A stretch of 64,000 bases of DNA from Octopus vulgaris (lineage: Eukaryota), in NCBI GenBank assembly GCA_951406725.2, contig OX597827.1, forward strand, positions 2,914,001 to 2,978,000. Reading direction: 5' to 3'. The position numbers and the translations under genes are program-made. Shown one piece after another: positions 26,743-41,242 of the stretch (the first letter of the stretch is position 1; each line of letters opens with the position of its first letter). Below the pieces are notes generated by a model. The model was not told where the DNA came from. It did not search any database and worked only from the letters and a program-made list of their open reading frames with translations.

Positions 26743-27819
26743 TGTGTGTTTATGCAGCTGTAGTGAAGAAATAGTAAAATAGTAGAAAAAGATATGTATT
26801 TCACTAACAGAGAAAGAGAGAGAGAGAGCACTAAAAGAAAGCATGGCAGCTATACTTTTGAATATGTATATGTCTGTTTGCATGTGTTTATATATAGGTG
26901 TGTGTGTGTGTGTAAGAGACAGAAAGAGAGAATGACATAGAGCGAGAAGAACTAAGAGTCAAAGACAGTGGGAGAGAAAAAGTGAGATTATGAAATCAGT
27001 GAAACTTCAGGGAGTATAAGAGGAGAAAATAAAGAGACAGAGAGTAGAGAGGTTGAAGAATAGGGGAGAGAAAGGTTAGAAACCCCAAAACAGGCAAAAA
27101 AAAGTCTTTTTTTGTATGTTTACACCTTTTTTTCTTCTTCTTCTTTGCTAACCCCTGCAACCCCATTCACTTCATTCTTCTATCTGCCTCAGCTCAGCCT
27201 CACCCTCTTCCACTTTTCGAACAATAATACTGAGATATTTCAGGATTTGATTTCCAAACAATAAACAATCTAAACATTTTGGTGGGGATTTCATGATGAT
27301 CATAGCATCTAATTGCCAAAAACTATTTGCAAACACTTAGAAAATTGGAATAATAACAATAATAATATAATTGTTATTATTATTGTTATTATTAAAATGT
27401 AAAATAGTGATGATGATGATGATAATAATGATGATTTCTTTTGTAATAATAATAATAATGATAAAGACCAGGTTATTAATAATAAGTCAAAGCAAGGTCA
27501 AAAGAAATAATAATCAAATGTAATAATAATAATAATAATAATATAATAATCAAAATTAATAGTAGAAAACATTTGTAAAACAACAAATAAAAAACAAGAA
27601 AAATTACCCCCACTTCCAACAAAAAAGGAAACAAAACAAATATATAAATAGAAACAACTGATGATTTGAAAGCAAATTAGAGGCTGAATTAAAGTTTATT
27701 GACAAAAAACAAAGAATGGAAAAGTCCCAGATTTATTTGATCATTCTGTGAGTTCCATTTATATTGATTAGTTAGAAGAAAGGAAACAAAAGATCCAAAA
27801 ATTATCCATCCATCTATCT

Positions 27820-27865
<46 letters not shown>

Positions 27866-28706
27866 ACGCACACATATATATACATATGTATAAAGATATA
27901 TGTATGTATATATATATGTATATATGTGCACAAATGTATGTATGCATATAGATACACACACATACATATATACACACACATATTCATTCTTACCGACATA
28001 CATATAATGAAACAAACTAAATTAAATTAAAATAATGAAATAATGGAAGTCTTTTAAAAAGGGCACAAAAGCCCTATTATTTCAAAAGGGGCACTAAAAA
28101 GGAAAGTTGATGGGGCTTTGGAGTAATGTTCTTTGCTCCCTATAATTTTTTTGTTTTACCAAAGGCATTAAAATGAAGTTAAGTAATATAATAACAATAT
28201 AACTGCTGACTAAGTTGTTCAGGGTTCAATTTTTTATGAGAGAAGCATTGGCTGGGGTGAAGGTAAATGTTTATGAAGAGCAAGTGCACCATCAATGTAA
28301 TGATATAGGAGTAATGAAATGGAAAAGAAAACATGATCCTGACAGAATTTGAACCCAGAGTCTTGAGTAATGAGACTTAATATTATATGAGGATCTACCA
28401 ATTCTGCCATTTGGAAAAAAATGTGATATTTTTAGTCTGTTTTTATTTTTTTGTTAGGTGAAATGGCATAAAGTCACATTATTTTTGCAGAAAGAGTGAA
28501 TGTTTTGGGAGATCTGTCGGTTTCAGCAGGATTTGAACTTACTTTGTCGGTTGGATTTACTCAGTAAATTGCTAGTATATTTATATATATATATATAAAT
28601 AAATATATAATGTGTGTGTGTGTGTGTATACACAAATATACACATGTGCGCGCGCACACACACACACAAAGCAAGTAGTGGGGTTATGGGGAAGGGGAGG
28701 GTTAGA

Positions 28707-28938
28707 TTCCTATTTCTATTTCTTTACTGCCCACAAGGGGCTACACTCAGAGGGGACAAACAAGGACAGACAAACGGATTAAGTCGATTATATCGAACCC
28801 AGTGTGTAACTGGTACTTATTTAATCGATCCCGAAAGGATGAAAGGCAAAGTCGACCTTAGCGGAATTTGAACTCCAAACATTATGGCAGACGAAATACC
28901 GCTAAGCATTTCGCCCGGCGTGCTAACGTTTCTGCCAG
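28707..28938 (-). mobile_element. tRNA-derived SINE (family B), young copy
   Basis: Minus strand CTGGCAGAAACGTTAGCACGCCGGGCGAAATG...GAGTTCAAATTCC...(GAAATA) tail, CpGs retained. Other copies at 5075-5295 (+), 36060-36270 and 57778-57976. Confidence 0.9.
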
Positions 28939-29947
28939 AGGACAAATGTTTGAGAGGAAAGGATGTAAGAGAAGCAGTTATTGTTGCTTCTGGAGTGGAA
29001 GATGGGGCTGGATGTGATATGAGTAAATGGAAAGAAGTGGTGGTGGGGAAGTGGATTAGGTTGGCTTAACCTGAACAGATCAAGTGAGCCTGAATGAAAG
29101 TGCCATAAAATCAGCAGTAGAGGCAACTGTAGTTGTGGTAGGAAAGGCAAAGGGAGCTTTTTATTTTATTTGCAGGGAGAAGATAAAAGAATAAGTTAAT
29201 CCAGTTGGAATCAAAATTAAGTGGCCTGAATTTACAATACACAGAAATGCATGCATGTCACCTGATGTTCAACTGCCTTGACCATCTTATTTCTTTTGTG
29301 GCAAGGCAGAACGCTTGAAATTTATAGAAGAAATCGAATAAATGAACCCACATCACGGCAAGAAATGCAAAGAAGGGCAGCTCTGTAAAACTCACTAGTT
29401 CACCTGGAACTGACCCCAGAGACAAGGCTGGGAAATGAGTCTAAAAAAAAAAAATGCAAGCATTGATGCTAATGGCAGTGCTCCAGCATGGCAACAGCCT
29501 CTGGCTGAAACCAATAACAGAATAATACCATGACATTTGATATTTGACATTGGTATCAAATATCTCAAAGGCATTTAGCAGAGTGTGTGAATAGCTACAA
29601 TTAGGAATCAAAAGACAGTCATGGAATCACCTCACCAGGGGCTAGCATCTTGTCTATTTCGATGACAATAGGCTAGTTTGTATTTTAACTGTGGCAACTG
29701 AAAAGAATTAGTGAAACAAAAATAAATAAATGGAACTTAACCAGCAGCCTTCTTAGTTTTGCTTAATAACTTTAACCCTTATAAGACAGCTAGGCTCATT
29801 TATTTATCTTTTGGATTGGATCACTTGTTTTTTGCTAGAAAAACAAAAAAATTGTTGGATACTGTATTTTAAGTGTTTGTGTATGTGTAATACCAAAGTG
29901 GTTACTATGTACTCACAGGTATGTAGAGTGTGATGTGCGGATGTGGG

Positions 29948-29985
<38 letters not shown>

Positions 29986-30061
29986 GTGTGCATACAAATA
30001 TTTTTATATATCAATATATTTATATGCAAAAATATATATAAATATATTTATACACCTATAT

Positions 30062-30109
<48 letters not shown>

Positions 30110-30160
30110 TACATACATATATATAAATGCATACACATGGATTCATATGAATACACAGAA

Positions 30161-30201
<41 letters not shown>

Positions 30202-30750
30202 TACATATATGTGTTTATATGTGTGTGTGTGCATATAAAGATAATTAACCTAGTGTGATCTCACTACTCTGAGTTTTTCAGTTTGTTGCATTTGTTTAAT
30301 CCACAAATATGAGGAATCTCCTTGTTGCAGCAATAAAACAAATCTTTTTCAATAGCTTCGAATGTATAAATTCTACTCAATGTATTGGAAATGGGTTCTG
30401 TAAGATGAGCCTAAAGATAATGTTGCTTGTCTTTTCATACAACTAAATACATAAGTATATATCCTTATGCAGATCTGTCCTAACACTTAAGGTTCATACT
30501 GCCAGAGCCTAATCTGGTTTCCATGGTGTATGAGTGACTGAGATTACAACACTATCCACTGGATGGTCCATCACAGTGTTAACTTCCCAGCTAGCACTGG
30601 AACTCATTTACTGCTGAGTGGATTGGAGCAACACGATATAAAGTGTTTTGTCCAAGAATGCAGTGCATCTCCTGGGTTGGGAATCAAAATCATGATCTTA
30701 GGATTGTAAATGCAACAATATAACCACCAGGTCAATCACCTTCACCATAT

Positions 30751-30785
<35 letters not shown>

Positions 30786-30814
30786 AAGATATATATATGC
30801 ATACATATATATAT

Positions 30815-31031
30815 ATATTCTGTTGTGTCTGGGGAGAGTCATTCTCTTTTAGTGCCTTATTGTTTAACACACTCACTGATAAATTTCCACTTATTTCTTA
30901 TTTTTTTTAAAAATTTTATTTTTATTTTCTATAGAAAATAAAAATAAGAAATAAGTGGAAATTTTACCAGTGAGTGTGTTAAATAATAAAGCACTAAAAG
31001 AGAATGACTCTTCCCAGACACAACAGAATAT
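30815..31031. repeat. Fold-back element: about 90-bp inverted arms plus inner 32-bp perfect palindrome
   Basis: 30815-30905 pairs with 30940-31031. 30916-30947 is a perfect palindrome. (TA)n on both flanks. Confidence 0.9.
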
Positions 31032-31083
31032 ACTTCAACACACAAACTCATATAAAGAATCTTGCAAACCAAATCCAAAAACG

Positions 31084-31119
<36 letters not shown>

Positions 31120-31587
31120 TATCAGTGTATCATATATTCGAAAAAGAAACAGACTCTAAAGCATAGAGTAGTAATGTATTCATATTCAGTTAAGTGTATG
31201 TCCAGTCGTAGAGTGTCCAATGATTTCGGATCCTTAAAGTGCATAGCTTTATGGACAACTTGTCAGACTATAATAGCTCTTCAATGTATCTGTGTGTGTG
31301 TGTGTGTATACATGTGTGCAGTTATTAATAATTATAACAGCTGAAATACATAGTGACTACAATGATTTTTTTTTTTTTTTTTTTTACTTAAATTAAGCAC
31401 AAAGCTGTTAATTTTTTTTCGAATAAAGGAAAGGTTGGGCAAAAAGGGCTTCAACTAAAAAGAGTGTTATGGAGTTTTCTTTACTATTTTTTTTCTCTTC
31501 AGTAGTAATAATACATTGAAACACAATAATAATACTAATGCTATGAAAATGTACTGAGAACAAAAATAAAAATAAATGTACTGCAAA

Positions 31588-31625
<38 letters not shown>

Positions 31626-33506
31626 AAGTAAAATTAAAAAAAACCAACAGGTGAACTGTTAAAATGAAATTTTCTAATCATCAGTAAAATTATTATTATT
31701 ATTATTATACGATTATTATTATCATTATTATTATTATTATTATTATTATCATTATTATCATCATCATCTTTAAAATTTGAAAAAATATTTTTGTATTTTA
31801 AAAATCTTTTTTTTTGTAGTATATATATTGATTCACAAACAAGTAAACAAACATGCAGACTACATCACAGCAATTTTGTCAGGAAGATAAAAAGTAACAA
31901 ACAAACAAACAAACAAATCCCCATAAACATAAAAAATAACTTGAATTTCTTCATAATCAAAGAAACAATGAGATGGGTAATGGGGGGTAAGGACGACGGG
32001 GGTAGACAGTGTGTGAGAGAGCGAGTGGGGGGAAGAGGAAGAGAAAACTGGTTTTTTTTAAAAATAAGACCAAGAAAGTTAAACAAAAACAATTAAAAAT
32101 AAACAATGGTGGTGGTGATGGTGGTAGTGAGAGGAATGGTGAAAAACAACAACAATAACAATTCAAAAATATAAAGAAAAGATGTAAACAGAAAAAAAAA
32201 CAGAAAATAACAGACAATAAAATGAAAGTTTAAAAGACAAATTAAACAAAATTAAAACAAATAAAATTTGAACTATCTAATAACAACAACAATGCTTGTT
32301 AAGGAATATAGCATTGGTGGTGGTGGTCATGGTGGGATTAAGGATGTCATAAAACAATAACAAAACCATAAATAACAAACATCATTATAGTCTGTGATTT
32401 ATCTTGTGTTTCTTTCTTTCTTTGCTTTTGGAATTTTTCTTTTTTTTTCCTTTCTAGAAATTGTTGTAATTGCACTAAGGTAGGTCCATGTGTGTGTGTG
32501 TGTGAGATTTATTTTATTAATACTGTTAATGATGATTATTTTTGCAATTATCATTTCAAACACAGGTACATGTAGCGACAATTTTTCTTTATTTCTGTTT
32601 TTTTTTTTTCTTTTGGTCGGTGAAGAGAAAGCTGTGTAGTTGATTAATTCAACCTTGCCAAACCTGAGTATGTGACTGGTATTATATTTTATCAAACCCA
32701 GAAGGACATAAGCAAAGTTGACCTTGGCAGTATTTAAACCTGGAACATAATGGACATTTGAACTGTCACAAAATATCCTTGCTTGATGCTCTACTGATTC
32801 TACGAATTTGCTACTATGATGATGATGATAGTGGTGATGATGACAATGATTTCTGAGACAGTGTAACCACAAATATTTATTTGCGAAAGAGTGCAGGAGC
32901 AGCCAATGCTTTTGTTTCACCCAAGCCTACTACAAATGAAAGGCAAAGATGCCCTCTGTGGTTTGTGGATCCAGCATGTAAAATAGCATAACTAAATACC
33001 ATAAGACACTCAGTTAGACATTCTACTGACTTCGTCTGATCTCGCCCCTCTGATGACGATGATGATGATGATGATGATGATGGTGATAATGACAATGAAG
33101 TTAAAGAAATTGTTGGTGGTTGATGCAATGAGTCTTCAGTGAAGTTCCCAGAGATGTAGATGGTAAGGAACTTCAACCAATGGTATAAACTTATTTGTGA
33201 TTGTGATTTTAACTAATGTATTTGAACTGTAAGGTTTTTATGAGTTTTGACGAATACACATGCAGATACACCTGCATGCACTGGTACAAGTGTACACACA
33301 AGCATGCACATCTATATACATATCCATACATCCATACATATACATAACACATTTCTGCACATATAATATATATATATATATATAGATATATATATATATA
33401 TAAAATCATTTTTTTCTTTTTTAATTGGCAGAAATTCACAAGTTACAAAGATGAGTGAAGGGCCAAGATTTTCAGGAATGCCACTTACCAAACTGTTTAT
33501 AAAGTA

Positions 33507-33539
<33 letters not shown>

Positions 33540-33701
33540 TCTGATTTATTCTTTACCTTGCAGAGAGACCTATTTCCTAAAATCCTTCCCACTTATCAGA
33601 GAGGTACTGGGATTGGTGTATATGTATAATGTTCAATGAGGTTATGAATATGAAAGTGTGTGTTTAAGTATCTGTATACACATAATTATGTGTATGCAAG
33701 A

Positions 33702-33740
<39 letters not shown>

Positions 33741-33743
<3 letters not shown>

Positions 33744-33877
33744 TATATAAATAAGGTTCAGCAACGATTTGCTTTACCATACACCGAAGTTTAGAAATAG
33801 CAGTCAAAAAATCTTAGCTATTCCTTCTACTTCGGTGTGTGGTGAAGCAAATCGTTGCTGAACACTAATTATATAGT
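33741..33877. repeat. Fold-back element, about 50-bp inverted arms
   Basis: GTTCAGCAACGATTTGCTTTACCATACACCGAAGT pairs with ACTTCGGTGTGTGGTGAAGCAAATCGTTGCTGAAC. Starts right after a (TA)n tract. Confidence 0.9.
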
Positions 33878-34504
33878 ATTACCTAAACTTACCATGAAAT
33901 GGTCTTTTTTCATGCCGAATTCTACTTGGTGAAATTATTGATTACTTCTTAATTAATTAATTTCATCCTTTGTTATTATTGATATATATATATATATACG
34001 TGAGTAAATTGTACTTTATAATATCACTGTATAGATATGCTTTCTCATATATATATATAGATTAACCTGGTAACATGTGTAGCTGTATATGTGAGTGCAT
34101 GTAAATACATATGGGGAGTATATAAATTTTTATTTATGTGTATAAATGTAAATGAGTGTGCATGTGTAAATTTAAGTACATGATGTATCTTGTAGTAATG
34201 TATGTTTGTGTCTGTGTATGTTTGCGTATATATTTATGTTTTTCGGTATAGACACATATATTCCGACATAATTTGGTCATAAGTGCATGAATAGCGATAT
34301 TCAAATGCATGTGTTTATGCTTACACAGTTTCAGTGTAAGTACTTGTGGTTATGTACATGTTTAATTTAATAAGAGCCAAGGTATATACATACATACATA
34401 CATACATATATATATATACACATAATATATACATATATATATATACATAATATATATACATACATATATATATATGCACATAATATATATATATATATAT
34501 ATGT

Positions 34505-34725
34505 AAAACAGTTTGACTCAACTCCACATGGCTTAAAAGCTCCATTGGCAAGTAGGACACATCCATCTCATTAGATACTGAGAGCATCTGATGAGATGAA
34601 CATGTTCTGTCAACACACGAAACTTCAAGACATGTGGAGCTAAGACAAACCTTTATTAAAAATATAAGTAACTTGTATCAAGTGTGTTGAGTGCTACTTT
34701 CTTTCATTTGTTCACTCACTCATGT
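34505..34725 (+). mobile_element. Inverted pair of PLE-LTR-like units with hammerhead-like motifs
   Basis: GCAT-CTGATGA-G...C-GAAAC-TTCAA-GAC-ATGT at 34584-34635 (U16.1 mutated). A more decayed inverted copy is at 34513-34575 and a related copy at 63421-63480. Confidence 0.6.
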
Positions 34726-34726
34726 G

Positions 34727-34788
<62 letters not shown>

Positions 34789-35561
34789 TATATATATATA
34801 TATGTATATGTGTGTTATTGAATATTTACTTTTGTTACCAAGAGACTACAAAACAGAATTTATCAGCAGAAGCACAGTTGGGTAATATAACATATGTGAG
34901 ACTTTGAACCTTGTCTAAATATTTACTGATATATTTAGTTGGCATTACATGATGCATGAGAAATAGACTTGAATATGTCATCATGAATTAATCTTATTAA
35001 CCCTCTGAGGATTAAATGGAGATAGCAGCTGGGTATTAAGCTATAATAAATATATTGGGAATTAATAGGGGTCAGTAATCAATATTGTCCAAGTCTATCT
35101 CAATGTTAAACCGATGTTCAGGGTGCATAAATAGTTTCTTTGATTATTGAGCCAGTATTAGGTGTTTATGTCAATTAGTTCATGCTGATATAATTTAATG
35201 GTTGAGAAAGAAATATTTTTGCCATATCTGTAAAATATTTTAGAGAAAATGCTTGCAAGGGGTTTGATTATCCAACAAATTTTTCAGAATCTATTTAATC
35301 TTTTAATACATAAATCTGATTTTCCTTTGACAAAATAGGAAGGATCTTAAGAAGTACATTGTACACTACTTGTTATTTTGGTATTCTATGTAACTGGTAC
35401 CAAGATTTTTGATAAATTTTTGTTCAATGATTAGATTATGAACCTTTTATATATATATATATCATCATCATCATCATCATCATTTAGCGTCCGTTTTCCA
35501 TGCTAGCATGGGTTAAGATACAAATTCCATTTATGTTCATCTATTTTGATTTGATTTGATT

Positions 35562-35599
<38 letters not shown>

Positions 35600-38390
35600 G
35601 TACATATTTTTGCATTTATTCATCTAATATTTGTTATACATTCTTTAAGTATAATAAAGTTATCTGAATAGAGATAAAGATATGTCGTGAAGCTTTATTT
35701 TATTTTGTTTGTTGAGCCCCAGGTCAGCCTTGATTAAGCAGATTAAAGACATTCTAGTCAAGACCCTTCCATGGGATTTTGTTTTGGTGGGTGTTTTTAT
35801 ATATCTAAGACTATATTGCTTGATCTGTTCTTGTTATATTCATTTTCCTTTTTTAATTGATGATAGTAAAGTGTTATTTGGTTGCTATTTCTAGCAGGTT
35901 GCGTAAGTATGTTAAGGTTGTCTCAGTGAGTCATGCTTAGATGCAGAGAGGACACCAGTGGTCTGGAACATTTTGTAATCCACAATAATTTACAAGCAGG
36001 AACTTCTAATTCCTGTGGCCATGAGACTAGATTATTTGAACAAGACAGCATTCATCCTTACTACTATAGGCACAAGGCCCATAATTCTGAGGGGAGGGGG
36101 ATGAGTTGATTATATAAACCCCAGTGCTCAACTGGTGCTTATTTCATTAACTCCAAAATGATGAAAGATATTGTTGACCTCAGCAGAATTTGAACTCAGA
36201 ATGTATAGACGGACAAAATGCCACTAAGCATTTTGTCCAGCATGCTAACGATTCTGTTAGCTCATTGCCCTTACAGTATAATCTGAATGCTGAAGGGTTA
36301 AACTCTTACAGTAAAAATAAGCTTGTATCATTTACACTAATGTATAAGTACCTGTAATTCATTTGAATAAATCTAATATTTGTTTGATTAAAATTGTGTT
36401 AACAAAGGTGATCCTCCCCGTTTCAGAAAAATCAGTAATGCCAGAAATGCTTCTGTAAGTGAAGCTTCCAGAAAATCAACATTGCACCTGCATATTGTTG
36501 CAATGGCTTGCATCAAAATTCATTACAACTTTGCTGCTTTAAAGCTTTGATTGTGAAACCCTCCTTCTCAGGACAGCCTCAATCAAGCAGACTTATTCTG
36601 TTTCAAAGATGTAATTTTATTACGTAGTTATGCATAATGGGTTGTGGAAAGGAGCTATAAGAACTAGAACCATTGCTATCTGTGTTTCACTGGTTTAGGA
36701 GATGTTAAATGGTGAGGAAAGGGCTATTTTCCTTTTCTCTTTCACATTTTCCGCTTCTCTCTCTGCTTTTTTTTTACATTTTTTTTACCAAGAGATTCTC
36801 TTGTCTTTCATTTTTTAAAATTTTAATTCCTTTTTTGTGCACTTTTATTGTTTCAATACTATTATTAATATTATTAGTATTATTATTATTAGCAAAATTA
36901 TTATTGTTATTATTATTATTATCAGTATTATTCTGCTTCTAACTTGTAAAGATGGCATATCAATAGCATAGCACCAATGAATATTGGGAGAGGTGATGAT
37001 GATAAGAAGGCAATGAGGATGATATGAAGGCGATGATGGTGCTGATAACGATGGTGTTGATGATGACAACAACAACAACAACAATAATAATTTATAATAA
37101 TAATAATAATAATAGCTTGAAATGGATGCCATATGTAATTTATAAAGGGAATAGATAAATGGAAAGTTATGATTTTCATGCCTTTCTTTAATAAGGGCAT
37201 TAATCATGAACTGGGACCTGAAGATTGGGCGACACTTGGGCTACAAATTCAGTTTAATAAGAACTTAACCAGCCAACCAGTGGCATTCTATGAAGGCTAT
37301 AGATTTCCTTTATATAAGGTTAACTTATATTTCAAAGATGCAGAATAAAGCTGATAGAATCAGCATCTGCAACCAACCAGTACCAGTAATATATTGGTTC
37401 CAGTATATAAATGGTACTAATCTCACTGGTTTTGAAGTGTGGGCAGGTAGGAGGGGTGTCGAAAGGCAAATTTCAATTGTGGCAGGAGTGGAATATAGAT
37501 CAACGAAGTTTAGAGCCAGTTGCAGTGAAGCATCCAGCTTTTGGCATTCTTTCCATCTCAAGCTATTGTTGTCATAGAAACTATATTGATAACGATGATA
37601 ATGATGATGATGATACCAATATAGATAATAATATGAAAAGATAACACATACATATAAATATGGTTAAGCTTTGAATATTATTTCAGCCATTTAAAATATT
37701 TTTCCCCTCTTCTTTTCCTTCTTTTCCTTCTTTTTCTTCTTCAAAAAAAATTCAGAACATTGCTGCGCAACAAGTGTTGATAATGCCATTATGCATGAGC
37801 ATTTGTTTTTTTGCTTTTAAATTTTAAACTATAATTTATTATCAGTGATTATATTTCTTTGGCAGAGCAGGGTGGAAAAATAGCATGTATAGTGTAATGG
37901 GGCAAGGGATTTAAAAAAAAAAAAAAAAAAAAAAAAAGGAAAAAAATGTAGTAGCAATTTTGGTTCAAGTTTGTTCAGTGAGAACTTGGTTTAGTTTAGT
38001 TTGGTAACAAAAAAGCTTTCATCTCAAATTCTTCTGTTTCATTGCCTTTTAAATTCATTTTTGTTATTTGAATTAATTTTTTGTGGGAAGGCTCTTTTTA
38101 GGGACAACATTCTGGGAAAATGGTACTGGCAGACCACATTTTTCTTTTGCTGATATTTTTTCTTATCATTATTTGTTTATTTCTTCCTTTTATTTCATTT
38201 TGTGCTTTTAAAAAAATTTTAAGATTTATATTTTAAAATTTGTCATTAAGTTTATTTATTATGACTATCATTTCTTTCTCATAGTCCCTTGATATCTTGA
38301 CGCTTCTGGCCAATAAAACATTCATTATTGTAATAATTATTATTAATTTTATGTATTATCATCAATATTATTATTAGTAGTAGTAATATT

Positions 38391-38671
38391 TTATGCATAT
38401 GGTAGTTTGGGTAGAGCTGGAAGTGGTTTGGCATAAGATGTGAAACTATTCCTCATCGGTAGGTTCCAAGGCTGCGATGGTATAGTGGAACCACTGCTAC
38501 CTACTCGAATAGATTTTAGATCGATGATGTCGGTGCAAGGTGTGCCCTGCCCCACATTGGACTGGTAGATAAGTTTGGGGGTGGCACTAGGGTCTTTAAA
38601 TCTACCGAGGGATTTTGATAAGGCTTTGCCATCTGTAGTTTGAACTGCCTTCGGTTGGTAGGATATGATAC
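38391..38671 (-). CDS. Terminal coding exon of an unidentified large-intron gene (phase-1 frame, about 93 aa: xIISYQPKAV...RNSFTSYAKPLPALPKLPYA*)
   Basis: Strong acceptor on the minus strand (TTTTTTTTTTTCTTTTGTCCAG|G). GC-richer, high-complexity island whose TAA falls exactly where AT-rich low-complexity sequence resumes. The phase-0 frame is also open for 51 codons. No upstream exon or homolog could be identified with certainty. Confidence 0.7.
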
Positions 38672-39453
38672 CTGGACAAAAGAAAAAAAAAAAGAGAATT
38701 CTAATGAGGTACATTCATTTACAAATGAGGCCATTTTAGTGTGGTGCTGATAGAATTAGTTAAATGAGGTGTGCAGTGTAAGCATTTCTACCATGATACT
38801 GGCCCATGGGGCTTATTTTCCTCCCTGAGGAAGAATGGAACTCTGCAAACAATACGAACTAATGAAATAATCATTGATTAAGTACAGTGCAGTACCTAAT
38901 TATGCAGAACTCCACCTGCCTGTCTGTGGTGCATATTTAGAGCTAAGTGGACTGAGGTCAGGGTGGTTTAAGTGTCTCTGGCCATGGACAACAACAGCAC
39001 ATTGCATGTGACAGGATATCACCTGTCGGCAATTGGTCCATTTATCCAAAACACTATCAACTCAGCCAGATGTGACACTTTATAAAATGAATGCAACAAA
39101 ACATACATTGAGAAAGATTTAAAAGAGATGGAAAAAAATACTTAAATAAACAAAAATAAATACATATATAAGCAAATAAACAAACAATTGAATAAATACA
39201 ATACAAATAAAATAACCAAAAGACATCCTTTGAACAAAAGCTTTTACCGAATAATAAAAAGGGAAAAAGAAAGCAGTAGTTTATTTTTCTGGTTTGGTAA
39301 GTTTTTACCTGTGGGTCTATATTTTCAAAATGAGTTAATGTGAACATAATTTAGGCACACCAAACTATTAAACTCAAATATTGTGTTCCTATCCACACTG
39401 GTTTTCATTCAGTCTATTCAGTGACAATCTTCAAGCATTATTGTTCAAATACA

Positions 39454-39526
<73 letters not shown>

Positions 39527-39561
39527 GCATGTGGACTGTATCAACATAATGTAATAAAGGT

Positions 39562-39633
39562 GTTTCCCTGAAGAATTGTTCTGGATCTGCTGAGGATGCA
39601 AACAGCCACATTGGGGAAATATGTATAGGGAAC
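39562..39633 (+). ncRNA. Type I hammerhead ribozyme-like motif
   Basis: Stem I GTTTCC/GGGAAC, core CTGAAGA (39568) and GAAA (39616), quasi-palindromic stem III ATATGTAT, cleavage triplet AUA. Stem II is poorly paired. The unit lies between two long (TA)n tracts. Confidence 0.6.
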
Positions 39634-39677
39634 AAATAGTAGAGACTGCATCTTGTATTTATCATGCATATCCATAC

Positions 39678-39718
<41 letters not shown>

Positions 39719-40495
39719 CATAGTCAGCACTTGCAAGTAAGTATGACTTGATTACATGTTCCACACTTTTGCTAATTACTCTTGGTATCTATGTAATTTA
39801 AAGAAGACAAAGATACTCTATAAGCCTTTCCACCACCATTGACTCAGTGGTAGCTATAAGAAGAGAGGTCTGCACTACCAGTCAGGTGGTACTCATTTTC
39901 AGCTGATATGAAATAAACACCTTGCCCACAGACACAGGTAAGACACAATGTTCTATCTGGTCCAAGAAACAAACCAACAATCTCATGATCATGAGGCTGA
40001 CACCCTATACCTTCACACACATGCATGTAAGCACACACATATATATATGAGTATATGTAACTCTGTATGTGTGTGTATGTGTGTGTGTGTGTGTGTGTGT
40101 ATGTGTTTATTATTCTCACACAAAAATGTTGTTGACTTTGACATCAATGTTTCATCAGCTAACCCATTGTTGGACTGCAAAACTATGAAGTTACAGTCGA
40201 CCACATTCTTGCATAAGTATAATAAATTTGTACTCTACAAAAGTATAGAGTAACCTATCAGATTAACATTAATATAAAATAAATTCTATTATAACTGAAC
40301 ATAAAAACAAACACACACACATATATATATTTATATATATTTATAATAATATGATATGTATATGTTGTTTTGTCAATGCATATGTGTGTGTATATATATA
40401 TATATGCATTCTAATGTATAAGCATATTTATATATTTCACAAAAGCTGATTGTGGTGTACACTCTGGAATACAAGTCTTATTACTAAGTATTAGT

Positions 40496-40576
40496 AAACA
40501 CTGAAGAAGTGAATATAAGGTTTCAACAAACAATTATGTATTCTGGCAATAATCTGAAGAAACACGTGTATGCTTT
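40496..40576 (+). ncRNA. Type I hammerhead ribozyme-like motif
   Basis: AAACA-CTGAAGA (40501)...GAAA (40559), palindromic stem III ACACGTGT, GUA triplet, then TGCTT completing an imperfect stem I. Stem II decayed. Confidence 0.55.
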
Positions 40577-41242
40577 CATAAAGCGTTAACTACCTTCTAT
40601 GTTTTCTGATTTTATTAATGCCATTATTACATGGGTCATACTCCACACACTAGCCTCTCCCATGGTTTGACACCTCACCTTGTACTGCACTGGATATAGG
40701 AGTGGAGTATACAAACTACTACAGAGTTCAAATTTTGGTTTATATATGTGTGCATGCACGCATGTGCATGCATAAGCATTGTTTGACTGCACTTGATCGA
40801 CAAATGAAATTTGACCTATCTGTGTGTCAGGTCTTAAGCAAGTGTTTTGTGGTAGAGTCAAAGTCATTTTTGTCATAAAAAGTACCTTGATATGCAGAAA
40901 TGTTGAATATCAGAGATCAGATCGTAAATATAATACGAAAGATTTTCTGTATCTAATATATTGCATTATTACTATTATTATCCTTATTACTAGAAAATAG
41001 TAATATAAGAGAATATAACAGTTTATGCACATTTTGAATCTGCAATGACTCTACCATGATGCATATATGTATATATCTATATATATATATATAATATATA
41101 TATGCCTAAACTGAACTTGAAACTTCCATTTTTAATGCAGTGTTTTATCAACTGTCTTCTCATCTGCCATGCCACAGTCTCGTAGAAAGAGATACTGAAA
41201 TAAGTTTTAAATATCATAAAGTTTAACACGTACCTGTCGTAC

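Noticed and set aside
38420-38450. RNSFTSYAK as a WIRS motif implying a protocadherin tail
   Set aside because: The conserved Phe of the WIRS consensus is Tyr here, and no cadherin or CM motifs are in the window, so a gene name cannot be supported.
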